From Leidyana gryllorum EB-2025a (taxonomy: Eukaryota; Protista; Apicomplexa): a stretch of 64,000 bases of DNA. Both the position numbers and the translations under genes were made by a program. This document shows positions 60,496 through 64,000 of the stretch, piece after piece (position 1 is the first letter of the stretch; each line of letters starts with the position of its first letter). The notes under the pieces are model-generated. The model was not told where the DNA came from, did not search any database, and was given only the letters and a program-made list of their open reading frames with translations. The stretch spans positions 62,001 through 126,000 of the forward strand of contig JBLWGC010000180.1 in NCBI GenBank assembly GCA_048772705.1, written 5' to 3'.

Positions 60496-60631
60496 TTGGG
60501 CGCTAGGTGGCGGTTTTGTGGGTAGAGTCGCACACACGGATGTCTCGTAGGGGCCTCGAAAAGACAATATCACTGTAACTCACTCATCTCACTCTTTCTT
60601 CTTCGTCGCCTTTTTGAACTTCTTGGCAGCA

Positions 60632-61522
60632 ATGTCTCGCGAGGGTGTGAAGCCGGATGTGCTGACTTCCGAGTCTACTCCCTTGGAACGTGCTCTGTTC
60701 AAGTGTCGCATGGCCGAGAATGCCGAACGCTTCGACGACATGGTCTTGAGCGTGAAAGAGGTGTGCAAGTTAACTGACGGTGCGCTTGGCGCAAATGAGC
60801 GCAACTACCTGTCCGTCGCCTACAAGAACTCAGTTGCTACCCGGCGTGCTGCTCTGCGATGCGTTGCCTCCATGAAGACGCGGTATGAGGCGCGTGGGGC
60901 GACAGTCAACGTTGAGGCTGTGACCGAATACTACAACTTCCTCGTTGAGGAGCTGGAGAAAATCTGTAAGGATGTGATCGACTTGGTCAACAACGAAGTG
61001 ATGCCCGAGCGGATCCTCAGCCAGCTGCCGGATGACCGCAGCACACGGGAATTTAAGGTGTTCTTCATCAAAATCAACGCCGACTACTACCGCTATCTAG
61101 CCGAGTTTGCCGAAGGGAAGAAGAGGGACGAAGCAATTGCCAACGCCGCGAAGTACTATGAGGAAGCTGTCAAGGTTGCTTGTGAACCCAAAGACGGTGG
61201 TGATGATAGCGTGGTACTTCCGCCTCCCCATCCTATTCGACTTGGTCTCTTCCTTAACTATTCTGTTTTCCTGTACGAAATCCAGGAGAAGCCGGATGAG
61301 GCGAAAAAGATTGCTAAGCAAGCTTTCGATGATGCCCTGGACAAGCTCGACACGGCTGGAGAAATGGAGTACAAAGACTCGACCCTCATTCTGCAACTTC
61401 TCCGGGACAATAGCACTCTGTGGAGCGCTCAAGACGGACTGGCGGCAGACAATGGCGCAGAAGGTGCTCCTCCGGCCGCAGCTAACGGCCAAGCACCTCA
61501 TGTTGGAGCCCCCGCCTCGTAG
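60632..61522 (+). CDS. 14-3-3 protein (intronless)
   Basis: AENAERFDDM, ERNYLSVAYKN, DYYRYLAE, HPIRLGLFLNYSVF and YKDSTLILQLLRDN motifs. Confidence 0.97.
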   Translation: MSREGVKPDVLTSESTPLERALFKCRMAENAERFDDMVLSVKEVCKLTDGALGANERNYLSVAYKNSVATRRAALRCVASMKTRYEARGATVNVEAVTEYYNFLVEELEKICKDVIDLVNNEVMPERILSQLPDDRSTREFKVFFIKINADYYRYLAEFAEGKKRDEAIANAAKYYEEAVKVACEPKDGGDDSVVLPPPHPIRLGLFLNYSVFLYEIQEKPDEAKKIAKQAFDDALDKLDTAGEMEYKDSTLILQLLRDNSTLWSAQDGLAADNGAEGAPPAAANGQAPHVGAPAS

Positions 61523-61753
61523 ATACATTTTGCCACACGAGTGTAGCCAACAGAGCCGGACGCGGGGCTTCAAGTTAATATGATCTCCGCACCACCTAGA
61601 CTGAGTCGCCTATTTGACTCATGCGACCAACCTCCAACTTTTACATTGCTCGTTCGCTAATACTTCCTTCCTTGACCTAGATCTCTAACTATTCATCTGC
61701 CGTAGAAGACTTAGAATAAATCTGTTTTGTTCATTCCTTCCTAAACTCAGTTA

Positions 61754-63893
61754 TTACAGTTCTCGCATTATCATCAGGATCTCATCGATATGTGCAAGAG
61801 AGCTTTCCAATATGTCCTCGGCTATCTCGCGCTGTGTTTGTTGGCGACTTTCTGACTCTGACAGATTGTGTGCTTGTAGTGCGAGGGCCTGCAGCTTTTC
61901 GACCTCCACGGACTTCCTCTCCATCAAGTTGAGGATGGTGTGACAAAGAAAGTTCAAAACTGCGTCCCAAGCTGTTTCTTCTCGAGCACCGTACACCCAG
62001 CAATGTTTAGCGGGGGTTTGACCAGCCGAAGGAGGAACAGCACCAACAACGTCAGCTGCATGAGCTCTCAAGAATCCCGATTCAGCCAATTCAGCCAAAT
62101 GGCGACGTGCGTCTGGTGGAGAGACCAAAGCTATGTCGCTCACTTCTTGATCATTCCAGAATCTGCCGTAGCGAAGGAAAGTTGCAGTCTCATTCGCCCC
62201 AGTGTTCGGCATTCCCGCGTCCTTGAGGATCTGTGAGCCTTTCATGTCGTTGTCCAACACCAATGTGTAGACGCGAGCTGCATTCTCCCCGAATCGACTC
62301 ACGATACATCTGTGCTTGACAATGGAAAACTCTGCTGATACCCCCGACTTACTGTCGCACGATTCTCCTTTTCAAGATCGCTGTCACTTGTTTCCAGTCG
62401 AGCTCATATGCGTTGCCACTGTCTGTGAAGGGAAGGACGACGAGAGAGAGTGAGCCGCGGCCACACTTTACTCACCTCTTTGAATGGAGCGCACGAAACG
62501 GTCGGAATTGGTGCAGAGCCCATCGAGCTGCTTGTAAAACCTGTCGCTGTCCGGAAGCTCAATGCGGACGTCGGATCCATTCTTCTGATACTCTTTATTT
62601 TGAGCCTCAATCAATTGAATAGTGGTACCGGCCAATTGCTCGAATCCCATTCCCTCTGTTCATGAGTTTATGAGTACAGCTCAGAAGTTTCATTCTCACG
62701 AGTGTCAAGGTGACTGTCACGCCATCTCAGAGACTGTAACAGCGCTCTGATGATCATTCTTCTTTCCAATCGTTCTCCCGATCGGAATGCCACGAAGTTC
62801 TCAGCAGTCTGCAGAGACATTCGACTTCTGACAGTGGTCAACTCGCTCACCCTTTTGTATAGCTCCACATTCAGCCTCATCAAATTGACCTGGAAGACGT
62901 GCTTGGGGTCGACACTCGCAAAGCTCTCATCTGCCGGTTGGGAGTTCTTTGCTTTCGACTCCCCTGCCCCCGCGGGCTTCTTCTCATCATCGACTCGGGG
63001 CATCTTTCGTGACGCCGCGGCATCGATGGCAGCCCCGAATATGCCCTCCTCCTCGTCGAACCGATGGGAGGTTGATATAGATGACAATGAGACTGCTTCA
63101 TGATCCCGTTTGCGTCCTGCTCTTTTCTTCACTGGTGGCCCAGTTTGTTGGCGGGCAGATGCGCTGCTCTCTGCTTCTTCTCGCCCCCGACGAAATCGAG
63201 ATATGGTCTTGGGGACAGCCTTCGGAGCAGTCTCCACAGCTTTGGAGAGCCGAAGCTGGTCATCGATGGTGGAGACACGGGCGATCAACATAGATTCGAG
63301 CATTTGTGCAAAAACCTCCTTCAGCCGAGTGAGGTGAATATCCGCTGAAGATTGAGGTTTTTCACCACCTTCAAATATCTCCTCTAGTTGTTGGACTGTC
63401 AAATCATACTTTGATCACCGGAAACATGAATCTCACTTACAGTCTTGAGATGCCCCGCGTAAGATATCTTCCTGTTTCATCATCCCGTTCTTCAAGAGCT
63501 GAAGGAGAAGCAGTCTCCCGGCGCGTCCAAACCTCCCTTCGGCATATAAAAGGTATCGACCAAAGCGTAAGCGGTTAAGCACTGCATCCTTGTTTAGAGA
63601 GTATTTGGTTAAGGCCGTAACAGAGTCGTCTTCGCTTCCAGCGGTTCTCTCGAATTGCAGATTGACCACTATCGGGTCGTATATGATGAGATGCGAGTGA
63701 CAGCACACTCACCTCCGTGACGGTATAGGACCAATAAGCAGTTTTGGAGTGTGGGCCAATCAAGTTTGGATACATATAATAAATCGCCGATGAAACTTGA
63801 GCCTTTTTGTTGTAACAAACACACTACTAAGCTTGCCGTGGGTCCGAATGCTTCCTTGACTAGCCTTTGAACCAGGACCGTCTCGAATGACAT
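61754..63893 (-). CDS. RPC3: RNA polymerase III subunit RPC3 (RPC82/RPC62), multi-exon
   Basis: N-terminal winged helix (LVKEAFGPTASLVV..KG..QNCLLVLYRHG), LNRLRFGRY..RFG..LLKNG, SRFGENAARV and a C-terminal coiled coil. Confidence 0.8.
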
Positions 63894-64000
63894 GAAAATA
63901 ATTTATATACCCTGCAGCCTCCGCGCTTCAGCTTTGAGAGATTTCAGCTCCAGCCATAATTCACGTTTCCGCGTCTCGTCAGCAGGAGTTGCTGCAGAGG

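Noticed and set aside
60189-60631. Candidate structured ncRNA (RNase MRP/SRP-like) in the largest apparent gap
   Set aside because: The conserved boxes were not found, and the interval is explained by the spliced zinc-finger microgene.

Overview
Gene-dense eukaryotic DNA, not prokaryotic. About 25 protein-coding genes are interrupted by short canonical GT-AG introns (those I resolved are 36-57 nt) and packed with tiny or negative intergenic gaps. Gene content points to an apicomplexan, probably a gregarine (inference): apicomplexan-type EF1-delta, an LCCL adhesin, a cytosolic-type HCF101 ending in LEW, and an integrin-beta-like vWA mucin. Recognisable genes: U2AF35, PRP16/DHX38, a BIG/GBF-type Sec7 ARF-GEF, EF1-delta, HCF101, PRCC-like, 14-3-3, RPC3/RPC82, an Na+/H+ exchanger, a syntaxin-6-like SNARE, an ABHD17-like hydrolase and an F-box/LRR/ankyrin protein. 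Most notable observations: (1) a chromodomain-PHD-PHD-SET protein whose spliced SET domain matches the ATXR5/6/TXR1 H3K27me1 class; (2) same-strand genes only -1 to 44 nt apart, and 16-57 nt head-to-head spacers sharing T-tract motifs; (3) a 3533-aa secreted vWA-headed mucin with three-level repeats; (4) a tandem pair of Cys-rich, probably GPI-anchored surface proteins joined by a TGATG overlap; (5) a hidden spliced 80-aa CHORD/Btk-like zinc-finger microgene. I found no rRNA, tRNA, CRISPR array or mobile element. All gene models were spliced by eye, and family calls rest on remembered motifs, not database searches.
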